DNA of 64,000 nucleotides from positions 32,001 through 96,000 of IMG/VR virus record IMGVR_UViG_3300026549_000054. The stretch is one strand, 5' to 3'. The translations under genes and the position numbers were made by a program. A model generated the notes under the pieces. It was not told the DNA's origin. It did not search any database and saw only the letters and a program-made list of their open reading frames with translations. Source of the DNA: a virus (Duplodnaviria; Caudoviricetes). Each line of letters opens with the position of its first letter. The first letter of the stretch is position 1. This document shows positions 8,816 through 18,344 of this stretch, in pieces.

Positions 8816-10716
8816 TACTTACTAATTCCAAGTAATTCTTTACGGAACGCAGTATCTTCGCCCATAGTATTTTCACAAGCCTTTTCAACTAAGTCATTCC
8901 ACTGTAATTGAATCAACTTACGAGAATTTGGATTTAGACAAAGTTCGGATAACTGTTCAGCATTAGCTTCTCCCCAACCCTTTAAACGAGAGACTGTGTA
9001 GTCAGTACATTTGAGTGCCTTCATTTTCTTATCTACTTCGGCACGGGTCATACCAAATGCTTTGACCTTCGCACCTGTGGCAATAAACAATGGGGCATCA
9101 ATTATATACAAGTGTCCGTTCTTAATCAAATCAGGCATATAGTTAATAAAGAAACTTGTACACAAATTACAAATATGGAAACCATCCGGGTCCACATCAG
9201 CTAACAAAATGACCTTACCAAATCTCAATTTGCTTTCGTCATAATCGTCCTGAATACCACAACCTAGAGCAGCAACCAAGTCTTTAATCTCTCTATTACC
9301 TTCGCATTTAGCTTCGCCCTTCTTTGTTGGTTTACCAAACAATTCTTCAGGAGTTGCTTTAGCTGCGTTAATAATCTTACCGCGGATTTTCAATTCACCC
9401 TGGAATGACTCACGGGCCTGTTTAAAGTGACCACCAGCAGAATCACCTTCCACAATGAACATTTCCAAATCTTTAGGGTTCTTGTGCTTTCTTCTGTCTG
9501 CGTCCAAGAATTTATCACTAATGTAACGAGAACCAGCATTCAAAGTCTTTAGACCCTTCAACAAATCCTTAGAAGCTTTCATCTTCTCTTTTTGTTCAAG
9601 CATCTTTTCCGCATAAGTTACAATTCTGTTCAATAGTTCCTTATTCTTACGGAAGAATTTGGTAAGTGGTGGAGTCAACTTTTCAATGATTTCTTTTTCA
9701 ACAGGAGTGTTGGTTAATTCGTTCTTTGTTTGACCCTGATACTGTGGTTCAGCCATTTTGTGGTGAATGGCACCTACAATACCTTCCATAATGTCATCAT
9801 TGAGAATTTTCTTTTTGGAATTATCCTTGATTACATTACAAATAGCTTTCTTCAAGCCATTCAAGTGAGTGCCGCCAAGGTTCGTATAACATACATTAAC
9901 GAAACTTCTAAATGAGTTGCCATCTTTCTTTGTGAAATTCAAAGCAACTTCTGTGTAATCGTCTGCGTATGTAAACAAGTCAGCATTTTCGTCTGCGTCA
10001 GGACAAACAAGTTCTTCCAAACCTTTCTCGGAATAAAATTCGTTTTCTTCACCGTCAATGTTTGTGTGAATATGTAAGCCAGGGCACAAATACTGAATGT
10101 CTTTAATTTCTCTCTTTAGACGAGGCAAATCCAAGTCAATAGAATCAGTAAAAATTGTTTCGTCAGGAATCCAAGTTACAATGGTTCCTTTCTTCTTAAT
10201 GAGTTTCTTATATTCTTCAGGTATTCTACAACGAGTCACATCACTTGTAGCAATTCCCTTTTCAAATGTTTGTGTGTACCACCAGTTATCTGTACTGTTA
10301 TTAGACCAAACCTGTAATGTTTTAGAAAGAGCTGCAATAGCCTTTTGTCCGATACCATTCAAGCCTGATGAAGTAGCATAATTCTGCTTATCAAACTTAC
10401 CACCTGCGTGTAATTGAGTGAATACAAGTGTTAGAGAATCCATTTGGGCTTTTTCATTCCAACCAACTGGAATACCTCTACCATTGTCAATTACTGTAAT
10501 TCGTTTTGTTTTAGAATCGTAGAAAACATAAATTTGTTTGTTATAGCCTGCCAAGTATTCGTCAATAGAGTTATCTAATGCTTCACGAAAAAGTCTATAC
10601 AAACCATCAGATGGATTTCCTGATACTGCACCAATGTACATACCAGGTCGCTTACGAACTGTTTCTAGGCCTTTCAAAAAATCTATGCTATCCGCACCAT
10701 AATTATGTTCTGCCAT
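8815..10716 (-). CDS. gyrB: type IIA topoisomerase subunit B (GyrB/ParE-like)
   Basis: VRKRPGMYIG, DNSIDE, DNGRGIP, LHAGGKF, EGDSA and DVDPDG motifs (GHKL ATPase plus TOPRIM). Confidence 0.95.
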   Translation of the reverse strand: MAEHNYGADSIDFLKGLETVRKRPGMYIGAVSGNPSDGLYRLFREALDNSIDEYLAGYNKQIYVFYDSKTKRITVIDNGRGIPVGWNEKAQMDSLTLVFTQLHAGGKFDKQNYATSSGLNGIGQKAIAALSKTLQVWSNNSTDNWWYTQTFEKGIATSDVTRCRIPEEYKKLIKKKGTIVTWIPDETIFTDSIDLDLPRLKREIKDIQYLCPGLHIHTNIDGEENEFYSEKGLEELVCPDADENADLFTYADDYTEVALNFTKKDGNSFRSFVNVCYTNLGGTHLNGLKKAICNVIKDNSKKKILNDDIMEGIVGAIHHKMAEPQYQGQTKNELTNTPVEKEIIEKLTPPLTKFFRKNKELLNRIVTYAEKMLEQKEKMKASKDLLKGLKTLNAGSRYISDKFLDADRRKHKNPKDLEMFIVEGDSAGGHFKQARESFQGELKIRGKIINAAKATPEELFGKPTKKGEAKCEGNREIKDLVAALGCGIQDDYDESKLRFGKVILLADVDPDGFHICNLCTSFFINYMPDLIKNGHLYIIDAPLFIATGAKVKAFGMTRAEVDKKMKALKCTDYTVSRLKGWGEANAEQLSELCLNPNSRKLIQLQWNDLVEKACENTMGEDTAFRKELLGISK

Positions 10717-10994
10717 TACTTATCTCCTTTGAATTTAAACATTACTATTGTTTCGTCTGTTTCATTATTGTATTCTATTGACGCAATTTCAAATGCAGTA
10801 TCAAGTTGTTTAAACACTGCTAACCAGGCATTTGGATTTTTCTTTAAGTATTGGAGCACTTCTGCTTCAAACAAGTCAAACAATCGTGACTGACCTGGTG
10901 TACTTTCTGCATCGTCAATTATTGTCATTTGTTTTTTTACGATTTTTAACTTTACCATAACTTTCCTATATTTGTTTGGAATATATTTATACAA
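10716..10994 (-). CDS. hypothetical protein (start probably 10958)
   Basis: coupled to gyrB by TAATG. Confidence 0.55.
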   Translation of the reverse strand: MYKYIPNKYRKVMVKLKIVKKQMTIIDDAESTPGQSRLFDLFEAEVLQYLKKNPNAWLAVFKQLDTAFEIASIEYNNETDETIVMFKFKGDK

Positions 10995-11007
10995 ATCAAA
11001 TATAACA

Positions 11008-11040
11008 AAAAATCGCCCTGTTATGGGCGATTTTTATTTT
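11008..11040 (-). terminator. intrinsic terminator (possibly bidirectional)
   Basis: aaaaatcgccc-tgttat-gggcgattttt. Confidence 0.7.
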
Positions 11041-11057
11041 TTAAAACTTCAAAGAAA

Positions 11058-11918
11058 TTAGTCACCTTGATATTTTGCAGTTCTATAAAATTCGGATGCT
11101 CCGTGTTCAAACGCATCTGAAGAAGCACGATCAGATTTAATTTTTTTGATTTCATCGTCAGTTAAATAATCTTGTGCTTCGGAAAATTCTTTGACTGCTG
11201 GCAAGAATATATCGTATGGAATTTTCCAAGTATTTCTGTGTTCATCTTGATACTCGGCTAATTCAATACATTTCTTTGCTTTGCCATTTGAGTATCTACC
11301 TAATCTTCTTAAAGCACTGTAGTTTCCAATGTCTGCGTTTTCAAGACTAACTGGCATAGAGAAATAGAATCTATCAATACCATTGTTTATAGACAAAGTA
11401 ACTTTATCAGGAACATCCTGGTCAAATTCTTCACCTTCAGGGAAATCTTTGAAGAATGATGTTGCTTCATACCAGCGAGACCAAGGTTCTTTCTTTTCAA
11501 CTTTACAACCATATTTAACTAATTTAGATAAGATGTTTTCTTTAAATTCAGGCCAAACTTCAGTTACAAGGCGTTTAATACTTTCAAATTTTCTCTTTTC
11601 ACGATTATAACGTTCTATTTCTCTTTGTTTCTTATCATTAAGCTTTTCCCAAACTCGGCAAGCATCAGCAATTATTCTTGCTTCTTTGTAATCAAAAAAT
11701 TCACCAGCTTTCTTTGTGCCAATCCAACCTTTTATCAATGAAGGATTTAATTTCTTCATTTCGTTATACTGTTCGTCAGTGAGTTCAGTAATGTCGGCAA
11801 AATCATTTAAAATTGTTGTTGCCCAATCTACCTTTTCCTGAACAGCTTTACTTGTGGCTTCATCTATTAGATGATAACCCTTGCCATTTAAAAATTCTTT
11901 AGCTTCTCTTAAATCCAT
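11058..11918 (-). CDS. hypothetical protein with N-terminal MxLxEA..L...GY motif (putative internal head protein)
   Basis: starts MDLREAKEFLNGKGYHLIDE; GGAG RBS. Confidence 0.7.
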   Translation of the reverse strand: MDLREAKEFLNGKGYHLIDEATSKAVQEKVDWATTILNDFADITELTDEQYNEMKKLNPSLIKGWIGTKKAGEFFDYKEARIIADACRVWEKLNDKKQREIERYNREKRKFESIKRLVTEVWPEFKENILSKLVKYGCKVEKKEPWSRWYEATSFFKDFPEGEEFDQDVPDKVTLSINNGIDRFYFSMPVSLENADIGNYSALRRLGRYSNGKAKKCIELAEYQDEHRNTWKIPYDIFLPAVKEFSEAQDYLTDDEIKKIKSDRASSDAFEHGASEFYRTAKYQGD

Positions 11919-11927
11919 TTTATCTCC

Positions 11928-12239
11928 TTATTTTTTATATAATTTAAATGCCTGTATTACCATTTCATACTGTGGATAACGAAGCATAAGTCCATCTCTT
12001 AAATCGTTCCAAATGTCACCAATGCCATTATACCACATTACAAACCACCACAAGTTTGAAGTTCCGTAAATGTTTTGTGAAATAATATCTGGTCTACCAA
12101 CTTCGTAATAGTGAACCATATACGATTTAGTTTCACCAAAGTCATAATTGCCGAAATTAATACTCCCTAAATCATACTCAAGGAACCCTTCAGTATCTTC
12201 TTCTTTTAAATAATTTGGTCTGTATGTTATGTTGTTCAT
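11928..12239 (-). CDS. gp53-like baseplate wedge protein (LysM-like)
   Basis: RPDIISQNIYG..NLWWFVMWYNGI.D pattern. Confidence 0.7.
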   Translation of the reverse strand: MNNITYRPNYLKEEDTEGFLEYDLGSINFGNYDFGETKSYMVHYYEVGRPDIISQNIYGTSNLWWFVMWYNGIGDIWNDLRDGLMLRYPQYEMVIQAFKLYKK

Positions 12240-12247
12240 TTATTAAA

Positions 12248-12490
12248 TTAATACTCCAATTTTTTAGAGTCTATCCATCTGATTGTTTCGTATTCAAATT
12301 TTTTCTTAAACCAGACCAAGGCTTGGGTTTCTGCAAGGTTATCATTATCTGTAAATTCTATTTTTGTTTTTGTAGCCATTTCGCCATTTGTATCTGTATA
12401 ACAGATTGTAACAGAATAGTAATTACCTTCTTCTTTTTCAACCAAATAGCCATTTTTATTCAAAATATTTTCTGCTTCTTCTAATCTCAT
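12248..12490 (-). CDS. small protein with MxLxEA..L...GY motif
   Basis: starts MRLEEAENILNKNGYLVEKE. Confidence 0.65.
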   Translation of the reverse strand: MRLEEAENILNKNGYLVEKEEGNYYSVTICYTDTNGEMATKTKIEFTDNDNLAETQALVWFKKKFEYETIRWIDSKKLEY

Positions 12491-12510
12491 TTTTACCTCG
12501 TTTTAAATGT

Positions 12511-13602
12511 TTATATTACCCAATGTATATAAATCCGGTGGGGGGATTCTTTATCCACACGTTCAATTGCTGCATCGTATCTTTCTTTATATGAACTATA
12601 CAATGAATCGCCATTTAACTGACCACCACCAGCAATAGTCAAACTATACTTTCTCAAAGCATTAGTCCAAATCATACCGGCCTTACATACTACAAGTTCT
12701 TTGAACCAGTAGTCATTGAAAATCTTAAATGATTTTTGTTTCTTTACAACTTCAATCAAACCGTGAACAGGTCTTTTTGGTGTCGGCCATACAGAAAGTT
12801 CTTTTTCTTTCATATTATAACGAACTTGATAGCTTTCACCCAAATCAAATTTAACTTGTTCCAACCAAACTAATTGAGCATTAAAGTTACCCATTACATC
12901 ACCGTAACTGGAATCACCATAACACATTCCATTATAATTAAAGTTATTCATTCCCATCATCTGGTCATACAAAATGTTGTGTGGGATAGTGAATAATTCG
13001 TTAATGTTACCTAACCAGCTAGCTGTTTGGAAGTCCACAACAGATTCCAATTCTTGACAAAGTTTATAATGAGTTTTACCTGGTTGTAATTCCATACACA
13101 AATAATCACGATAGTTACCTTCACGATAATAGTATCTTTGTATGTACTGAACCATATCTCTAATAATGTCAATCAACTGGGCATCAGATATTTCAACACA
13201 AATTACAGGAGAACCAAGTTGACCTTTAATGTAAGCAATCAACTGTGGAATGTTCTGTATTTCGTGGTCAGCCATAAACATATCCTGAGCACAGCAATAG
13301 TTATCTCTAGGAATATGCTTTAAATGGTGTGGTGGAAATGGTGGAACAGGTGGTTTAGGAGGTGGAGGAGGTGGTTCAGGTGGGTCTGGATACTTTCCTG
13401 ATGGTGGCTCTACACTCCAATCTGGTGGAACCGCTTGCCAATCAGGTGGAATTTCCTTCCAATCTTTAGGCGGAATTCCTTCACCCGGATTCGGACAATG
13501 ACCCGGTGGGAATGGTGCAGGAAGAGGAGGATGTGGCTTATAAGCTTCATCCTTAGTCCAAGGTGGTCTGCATTTACAATCTTTCTTTTCGTTTTCACCC
13601 AT
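12511..13602 (-). CDS. gp13-like neck protein with Pro-rich N-terminal extension
   Basis: LIAYIKGQLGSPVICVEISDAQL and W..ALRKY..L..GG.QLNG motifs. Confidence 0.8.
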   Translation of the reverse strand: MGENEKKDCKCRPPWTKDEAYKPHPPLPAPFPPGHCPNPGEGIPPKDWKEIPPDWQAVPPDWSVEPPSGKYPDPPEPPPPPPKPPVPPFPPHHLKHIPRDNYCCAQDMFMADHEIQNIPQLIAYIKGQLGSPVICVEISDAQLIDIIRDMVQYIQRYYYREGNYRDYLCMELQPGKTHYKLCQELESVVDFQTASWLGNINELFTIPHNILYDQMMGMNNFNYNGMCYGDSSYGDVMGNFNAQLVWLEQVKFDLGESYQVRYNMKEKELSVWPTPKRPVHGLIEVVKKQKSFKIFNDYWFKELVVCKAGMIWTNALRKYSLTIAGGGQLNGDSLYSSYKERYDAAIERVDKESPHRIYIHWVI

Positions 13603-13627
13603 TCTGTTAATACCTCTAATGTATTTA

Positions 13628-14521
13628 TTAGACCACCAGGTTCTCTTGTTCCAAAGTATATAATTCTTCCAGTGTTAATTCTTGAACTTTTCCATAACTA
13701 TCTTGAACTTTTACTTTGGAATCTCCTGTCAAGCACATATATTCTTGTCTGACGAACATTTCCCCATTATCTTGAATTTGTTTTTGAAGCCATTTCTCAT
13801 CTCTACCTTCAACTTCGTACCATTGAACTTTACAAGGTATAAATGAGTTCTTTCCAGCAACGGCCTTAGTCCAAATGTCATAGAAGTGGTTCATACCCTT
13901 TGGAGTTGAAATTAGCATCATCATAGCGTCTTTCTTTGCAGCTTGTGTTGGGAAAACAGACTGCATAAACTTGGTAGCCATATTATCGTCAATGAACGCA
14001 AATTCGTCTACAAGCAATAAGTCAATAGATTTACCACGAACAGAAGAACTAGAACTAGCACCGCAGAAAATCTTTGTCTTATTTTCCATCGTGATTTCAC
14101 CATTGTTCCATTTTACAAGGCCCTGTTGAAGCCACATTGGTAATTCTGTATAAGCGTTCTTAATACGAAGCAAAATTTCTTCTGCCTGTGAAGCTTTGTT
14201 TGCTAGAACTGCAATACATTTAGATTTGTGGAAAAGAGCATACCAGAGAATATACAAAGTAGCAATAGTTGTCTTACCTGTTTGACGTCCCATCATAATA
14301 ATTCTGTTATTCTTTTCAGGTATTTTCGCACAAATTACTTTTACAATCTTTTCCTGATAATCACGAAGTTTCATCTTTTCTTCACCGGCAGGACCAATGA
14401 TAGTAAAATACTTAGCGAAATGGAAAATACTTTGTTTACATTTCAAGTATTCCTTAATTTCTTCTTCAGTCATTGGTACAGTTTCGCCGGCACCGCGAAG
14501 CTTTTCATTATTAAAAAACAT
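13628..14521 (-). CDS. terminase large subunit, N-terminal ATPase half fused to a split-intein N-fragment
   Basis: LRDYQ, GRQTGKTT (Walker A), LLLVDEFAF (Walker B), STPKG; ends QEYM|CLTGDS...; nuclease domain absent. Confidence 0.9.
   Translation of the reverse strand: MFFNNEKLRGAGETVPMTEEEIKEYLKCKQSIFHFAKYFTIIGPAGEEKMKLRDYQEKIVKVICAKIPEKNNRIIMMGRQTGKTTIATLYILWYALFHKSKCIAVLANKASQAEEILLRIKNAYTELPMWLQQGLVKWNNGEITMENKTKIFCGASSSSSVRGKSIDLLLVDEFAFIDDNMATKFMQSVFPTQAAKKDAMMMLISTPKGMNHFYDIWTKAVAGKNSFIPCKVQWYEVEGRDEKWLQKQIQDNGEMFVRQEYMCLTGDSKVKVQDSYGKVQELTLEELYTLEQENLVV
13631..13735 (-). other. atypical short split-intein N-fragment (35 aa)
   Basis: CLTGDSKVKVQDSYGKVQELTLEELYTLEQENLVV* resembles intein block A plus the IEELY motif, then stops. 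Confidence 0.8.
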
Positions 14522-14525
14522 TAAA

Positions 14526-15776
14526 TCACCTCATCAATTCTTCAACTTTATCTTCAATTTCTTCTTGACTTGGTTTACTATGGTTATACAAATAAGCACC
14601 ATAATACCAATTCTTAAGTTCATTTAGTATCGCACCAAATTGAGAACCGTGTACACCACTATCTATAATAGCATTACTCAATTTCTTATTATCAGGCAAT
14701 ACATTTTCTGCCAAATCAGTTAATACTTTTCTTTCTTTGTTAGAAATTGCTTCATCGTTGATTACATAATCTACTACATTCAAAATTTCAAAATCTTTAT
14801 TCGTGAAAATAGTTAATGTCTTGTTCAAGTCTCCATACAAATTATTTGTAAATCCAAGAGCACCATAAACATATTTCAAAGTTTTCATTAAGTCATTTTC
14901 CAATCTAAACAACTTGATACATTCAGGTAAATTGTCGCAATCGTAGAATAACAAACCAAACAAAACCTTTGGGTCAGCTTCTGTTTTATCCATCTGTGCA
15001 TATTTTCTAGTGAACTGTTTTGCGAACTTCCAGTTGATTAACATTTCAGGGTCAATTACTTCATTCGCACCTGTTTTCATTAACAATCCAATAACATCAG
15101 CAAAAGCTTGTTTACCATATTCGGCAGTTTTCATTAGTTCAGCACCAATTCTTTCTTTTGCGATTTTATCCAAATTGCCCTTAATGTTCTTAATGCCCTG
15201 CATTGTTTCAGGGTCTATCTTCATTCCAAATCTAGCTGCAAAACGCATAGCACGGATAATTCTTAAAGCGTCTTCACCAAATCTCTTATTAGAATCTCCG
15301 ACTGTTCTAAGTATATTATCGTCTAAATCTTTCTCGCCATTGTAATAGTCAATCAAATTACCGCGACAGTCAATACCCATAGCATTTATTGTAAAATCTC
15401 TGCGGGCTACATCGTCCTTAAATGACTTTGTAAATTGAACAGAGTCAGGATGTCTACCGTCACTGTAATCTCCGTCAGTACGGAACTGTGTTACTTCAAA
15501 TACTTCTTTCTGCCATTTAACGAGAATAGTCCCGTGGGCTTCACCATTGTTAGAAGTACATTTGAAGTTATCGTACAATTCGTCAATCGGCATATTAGTT
15601 GCTATATCAACGTCGTGAATTTTAGGGTCGCCTTTCTGTCCGTTTTTATACCAGCGGACTATATCACGAACACAACCACCTACTAGATATGCTTCGTAAC
15701 CGAATGATTCAATCTGTTGGCACAAGTCAGTACCAATTTGGACTTCTTCATTGAATAACGATAAATCAATTTTCAT
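14526..15776 (-). CDS. cca: CCA-adding tRNA nucleotidyltransferase (class II)
   Basis: VGGCVRD, DVDIAT, RRDFTINA and EDALRIIRAMRF motifs; nearly all window tRNAs lack an encoded CCA. Confidence 0.9.
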   Translation of the reverse strand: MKIDLSLFNEEVQIGTDLCQQIESFGYEAYLVGGCVRDIVRWYKNGQKGDPKIHDVDIATNMPIDELYDNFKCTSNNGEAHGTILVKWQKEVFEVTQFRTDGDYSDGRHPDSVQFTKSFKDDVARRDFTINAMGIDCRGNLIDYYNGEKDLDDNILRTVGDSNKRFGEDALRIIRAMRFAARFGMKIDPETMQGIKNIKGNLDKIAKERIGAELMKTAEYGKQAFADVIGLLMKTGANEVIDPEMLINWKFAKQFTRKYAQMDKTEADPKVLFGLLFYDCDNLPECIKLFRLENDLMKTLKYVYGALGFTNNLYGDLNKTLTIFTNKDFEILNVVDYVINDEAISNKERKVLTDLAENVLPDNKKLSNAIIDSGVHGSQFGAILNELKNWYYGAYLYNHSKPSQEEIEDKVEELMR

Positions 15777-15778
15777 AA

Positions 15779-16561
15779 TTACTTAATTTGTTTCTTTGTA
15801 TATTTCTTAATTACACCTTCTTTACACAAATATGTAAAGAATTTCTGTTTGTAGCCTCTAGTATATGCTGAACATACTCTCAATCCATATTCAGCTACTT
15901 TAGTTGGGTCATATTCAAATTCATAGATTTCTTTTACAAAGCCATCTTTTTTAGCAGCTTTTAATTCTTCATCATTAAGGAATGTAAAATATGTTTTCCA
16001 ACGAGTAATCATTACTGCATGATTACCTTCTGCTGCTTTAATAGCGGATTTCTTAATTCTACCACTAGCAGTTCTGTTAGCAACAGCGTTCTTACCACCA
16101 ATTCTTTGTATGTGGAGTTCTTTAAACTTCTTGTTTAATTCGTTTGCTTTTGCTTCCCAAACACCACTATGTCCAAGTCCATCAGTTCCCCAACCAAGAG
16201 CATTACACCATTTGCGGCTCATAGCATAACCAACTTTATTAGCAGCTTTTATTTGTTCTTTTGTAATGGAAGCATTGTGAAAATAATGGCACATTTCGTG
16301 AACGAAAGTGTTTCTAAAAGCAGCATAGTCAGTCAATTCATTTCTATTCAAAATGATTTCAAGAGTAATAATTTGTTGTTTAACTGTGTTAAACTGAGCT
16401 ACACATCTACCTAATGCTTTTAAATGACTGGACCAAGTTAATGTAATTGGCTTTAATTTGCCATTGAAATATAATTTGTTAAATCTTTTAAATTCAGTTT
16501 CCAAGAAACTTGTAGTGAATTTAACTTCTGGTAATTCTGCTTTTCTTGCTTCGTCTAACAT
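15779..16561 (-). CDS. SprT-like zinc metalloprotease
   Basis: FN..YFNG.L and HEMCH...GH motifs. Confidence 0.75.
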   Translation of the reverse strand: MLDEARKAELPEVKFTTSFLETEFKRFNKLYFNGKLKPITLTWSSHLKALGRCVAQFNTVKQQIITLEIILNRNELTDYAAFRNTFVHEMCHYFHNASITKEQIKAANKVGYAMSRKWCNALGWGTDGLGHSGVWEAKANELNKKFKELHIQRIGGKNAVANRTASGRIKKSAIKAAEGNHAVMITRWKTYFTFLNDEELKAAKKDGFVKEIYEFEYDPTKVAEYGLRVCSAYTRGYKQKFFTYLCKEGVIKKYTKKQIK

Positions 16562-16830
16562 TATTCAATCTCCACTGTTGTAGAAGCACCATCTTCAACA
16601 TAAACGGCTTTCCATACTGCTTTAAATGCCTGGTCTAAATCCATATCTCTACTGTATGCTTCAAACATTACAGTTTCCAATAGTTCAGGGTCTACTGTAT
16701 AATTCACTTCTTTCGCAAAATTTAGAATACGAGTTCTTAATTGGTCTAAGTATTCTTTCTCATACATTTCTTCATTAAGTACTTTATATCCAAATTTCTT
16801 TAATTTTTCAATAGCTTCTCTTAATAACAT
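16561..16830 (-). CDS. small protein with MxLxEA..L...GY motif
   Basis: starts MLLREAIEKLKKFGYKVLNE; late-type CATAAATA upstream. Confidence 0.7.
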   Translation of the reverse strand: MLLREAIEKLKKFGYKVLNEEMYEKEYLDQLRTRILNFAKEVNYTVDPELLETVMFEAYSRDMDLDQAFKAVWKAVYVEDGASTTVEIE

Positions 16831-16858
16831 ATTAAAATCTCCTTATATACTATTTATG

Positions 16859-16887
16859 AAAAAGACCGCTTTTTCAGCGGTCTTTTT
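16859..16887 (-). terminator. intrinsic terminator
   Basis: aaaaagaccgct-ttttc-agcggtcttttt. Confidence 0.75.
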
Positions 16888-16910
16888 GAATTTATGTGTA
16901 ATAGAAATTA

Positions 16911-17726
16911 TTACTTTACAAAGTGATTACGGATTCTTCTCTGCAAATTTACTACAGGGTCTTTTGTTCCGAAAACATCTTCAATTATTGTAAATGCGTA
17001 AGCCTTAATTTCTTTGTCATCTACTTCAAAGTCTGTATCTTTAATGATGCCAGATACGAAAGCAGGTGTCAAGGCTTTCTTCAAGAACAATGTTTTGGCT
17101 CTGAAATCGTCTTTGAAATCATCCCAATTATCTGTACCTTTCTGTTCAGTATTGGGCTTGCGGAAAGTTTCAGGAAAATCATCTTCTAATGATTCGTCCA
17201 AATCGTCATCATCGTCTTCGCACTTTCCGCCTTTCTTTCCACCACAGCAACCCTTTGGTTTTCTGCCGGCAACTTTTTCTTTGTGAGAGAACTTGTCACC
17301 CTTTGGCTTAGATTTGCCTTCGGTCATATATGCTTCGTCAACTGGAACATCGTCATATTCAACGGCAGTGTCATCAACAGTTTCGTCACCGAAATCTTCT
17401 GGGTTCTGTCCTTCACATTCGCAATTTTCGTAAGCAAGAATCTTAACAATGTCTTCAGCGGCAACACCCTTCTGTGAGAGTTCGTCAATGCGTTCATTGT
17501 TGGCTGTCATAATGTCAGCAACTTCTTGTGCGTCAAATCCTTCGTCACCGAGACCCTGTTCAACAGCACCATAGACATCACTGTCAAGCTGTTCTTCACC
17601 TTCAGCAGGCAAAGCTTCTTGGTTTGTATCAACAACGTCATCATAGACAGCGTCATCTTCAAAGTCTTCCGATACGATTCTGTAACCTTCGGAAAGCAAC
17701 AATTCTTTAGCGGTTTCGTATTTCAT
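16911..17726 (-). CDS. acidic protein with N-terminal GY motif (putative head/core protein)
   Basis: starts MKYETAKELLLSEGYRIVSE; D/E-rich; TATAAATA upstream. Confidence 0.7.
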   Translation of the reverse strand: MKYETAKELLLSEGYRIVSEDFEDDAVYDDVVDTNQEALPAEGEEQLDSDVYGAVEQGLGDEGFDAQEVADIMTANNERIDELSQKGVAAEDIVKILAYENCECEGQNPEDFGDETVDDTAVEYDDVPVDEAYMTEGKSKPKGDKFSHKEKVAGRKPKGCCGGKKGGKCEDDDDDLDESLEDDFPETFRKPNTEQKGTDNWDDFKDDFRAKTLFLKKALTPAFVSGIIKDTDFEVDDKEIKAYAFTIIEDVFGTKDPVVNLQRRIRNHFVK

Positions 17727-17755
17727 ATTATACTCCTTAAAAATTAAATTTATTA

Positions 17756-17763
17756 TATTTATA
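17756..17763 (-). promoter_or_regulatory. T4-type late promoter TATAAATA
   Basis: exact consensus; similar elements near 1413, 5953, 13623, 16851, 18303, 21548 and 41724. Confidence 0.65.
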
Positions 17764-17768
17764 AAAAT

Positions 17769-18284
17769 CTAGTCTTCGTCAAAGTCTATATTATTATCTT
17801 CTTGTAATTTAAACCAAATTTTATCAAATTCAGTCATAGATAATGTTTTTGTTTTATACTTTTTCTTTTGTCCTTTCCATTCCAATCTAATACAATCGTC
17901 ATCAAGTACAACTTCAATTATTTCATCAGGACCATTAAACCAAAAATCAGGCATTATGATATTTAATGTGTTATCATTAACTATCTTTACTCTGCCTTTG
18001 TGTTTCTTTAAATAGATATTGTTATCAAAAAGCCAGTCTCTAATATCTTCAATAGAAACTACTTTTGTATTAAAAGTTTTAGCATTACTGATTTTATCTT
18101 TTAATTTGGGTCTTTCTTCGTCAAGCCAAATTAGTCTGTCCATTTCTTTTTTAGTCAAATCACCGCGGCCGTGACCAGCATGGTATCTGCGCATCAAATC
18201 TTCATATTCTTCGTCATTAGTTTCTGTATCTTCAAGTATATAACCGTGCTTTTTCAGCAATTCTTTGGCTTCATTTAAATCCAT
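17769..18284 (-). CDS. protein with MxLxEA..L...GY motif
   Basis: starts MDLNEAKELLKKHGYILED. Confidence 0.7.
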   Translation of the reverse strand: MDLNEAKELLKKHGYILEDTETNDEEYEDLMRRYHAGHGRGDLTKKEMDRLIWLDEERPKLKDKISNAKTFNTKVVSIEDIRDWLFDNNIYLKKHKGRVKIVNDNTLNIIMPDFWFNGPDEIIEVVLDDDCIRLEWKGQKKKYKTKTLSMTEFDKIWFKLQEDNNIDFDED

Positions 18285-18344
18285 ATTAGTCTCCTTATAT
18301 GGTATTTATGAAAAAAGCCAGGTTTTTTAACCCGGCTTTTTAAT

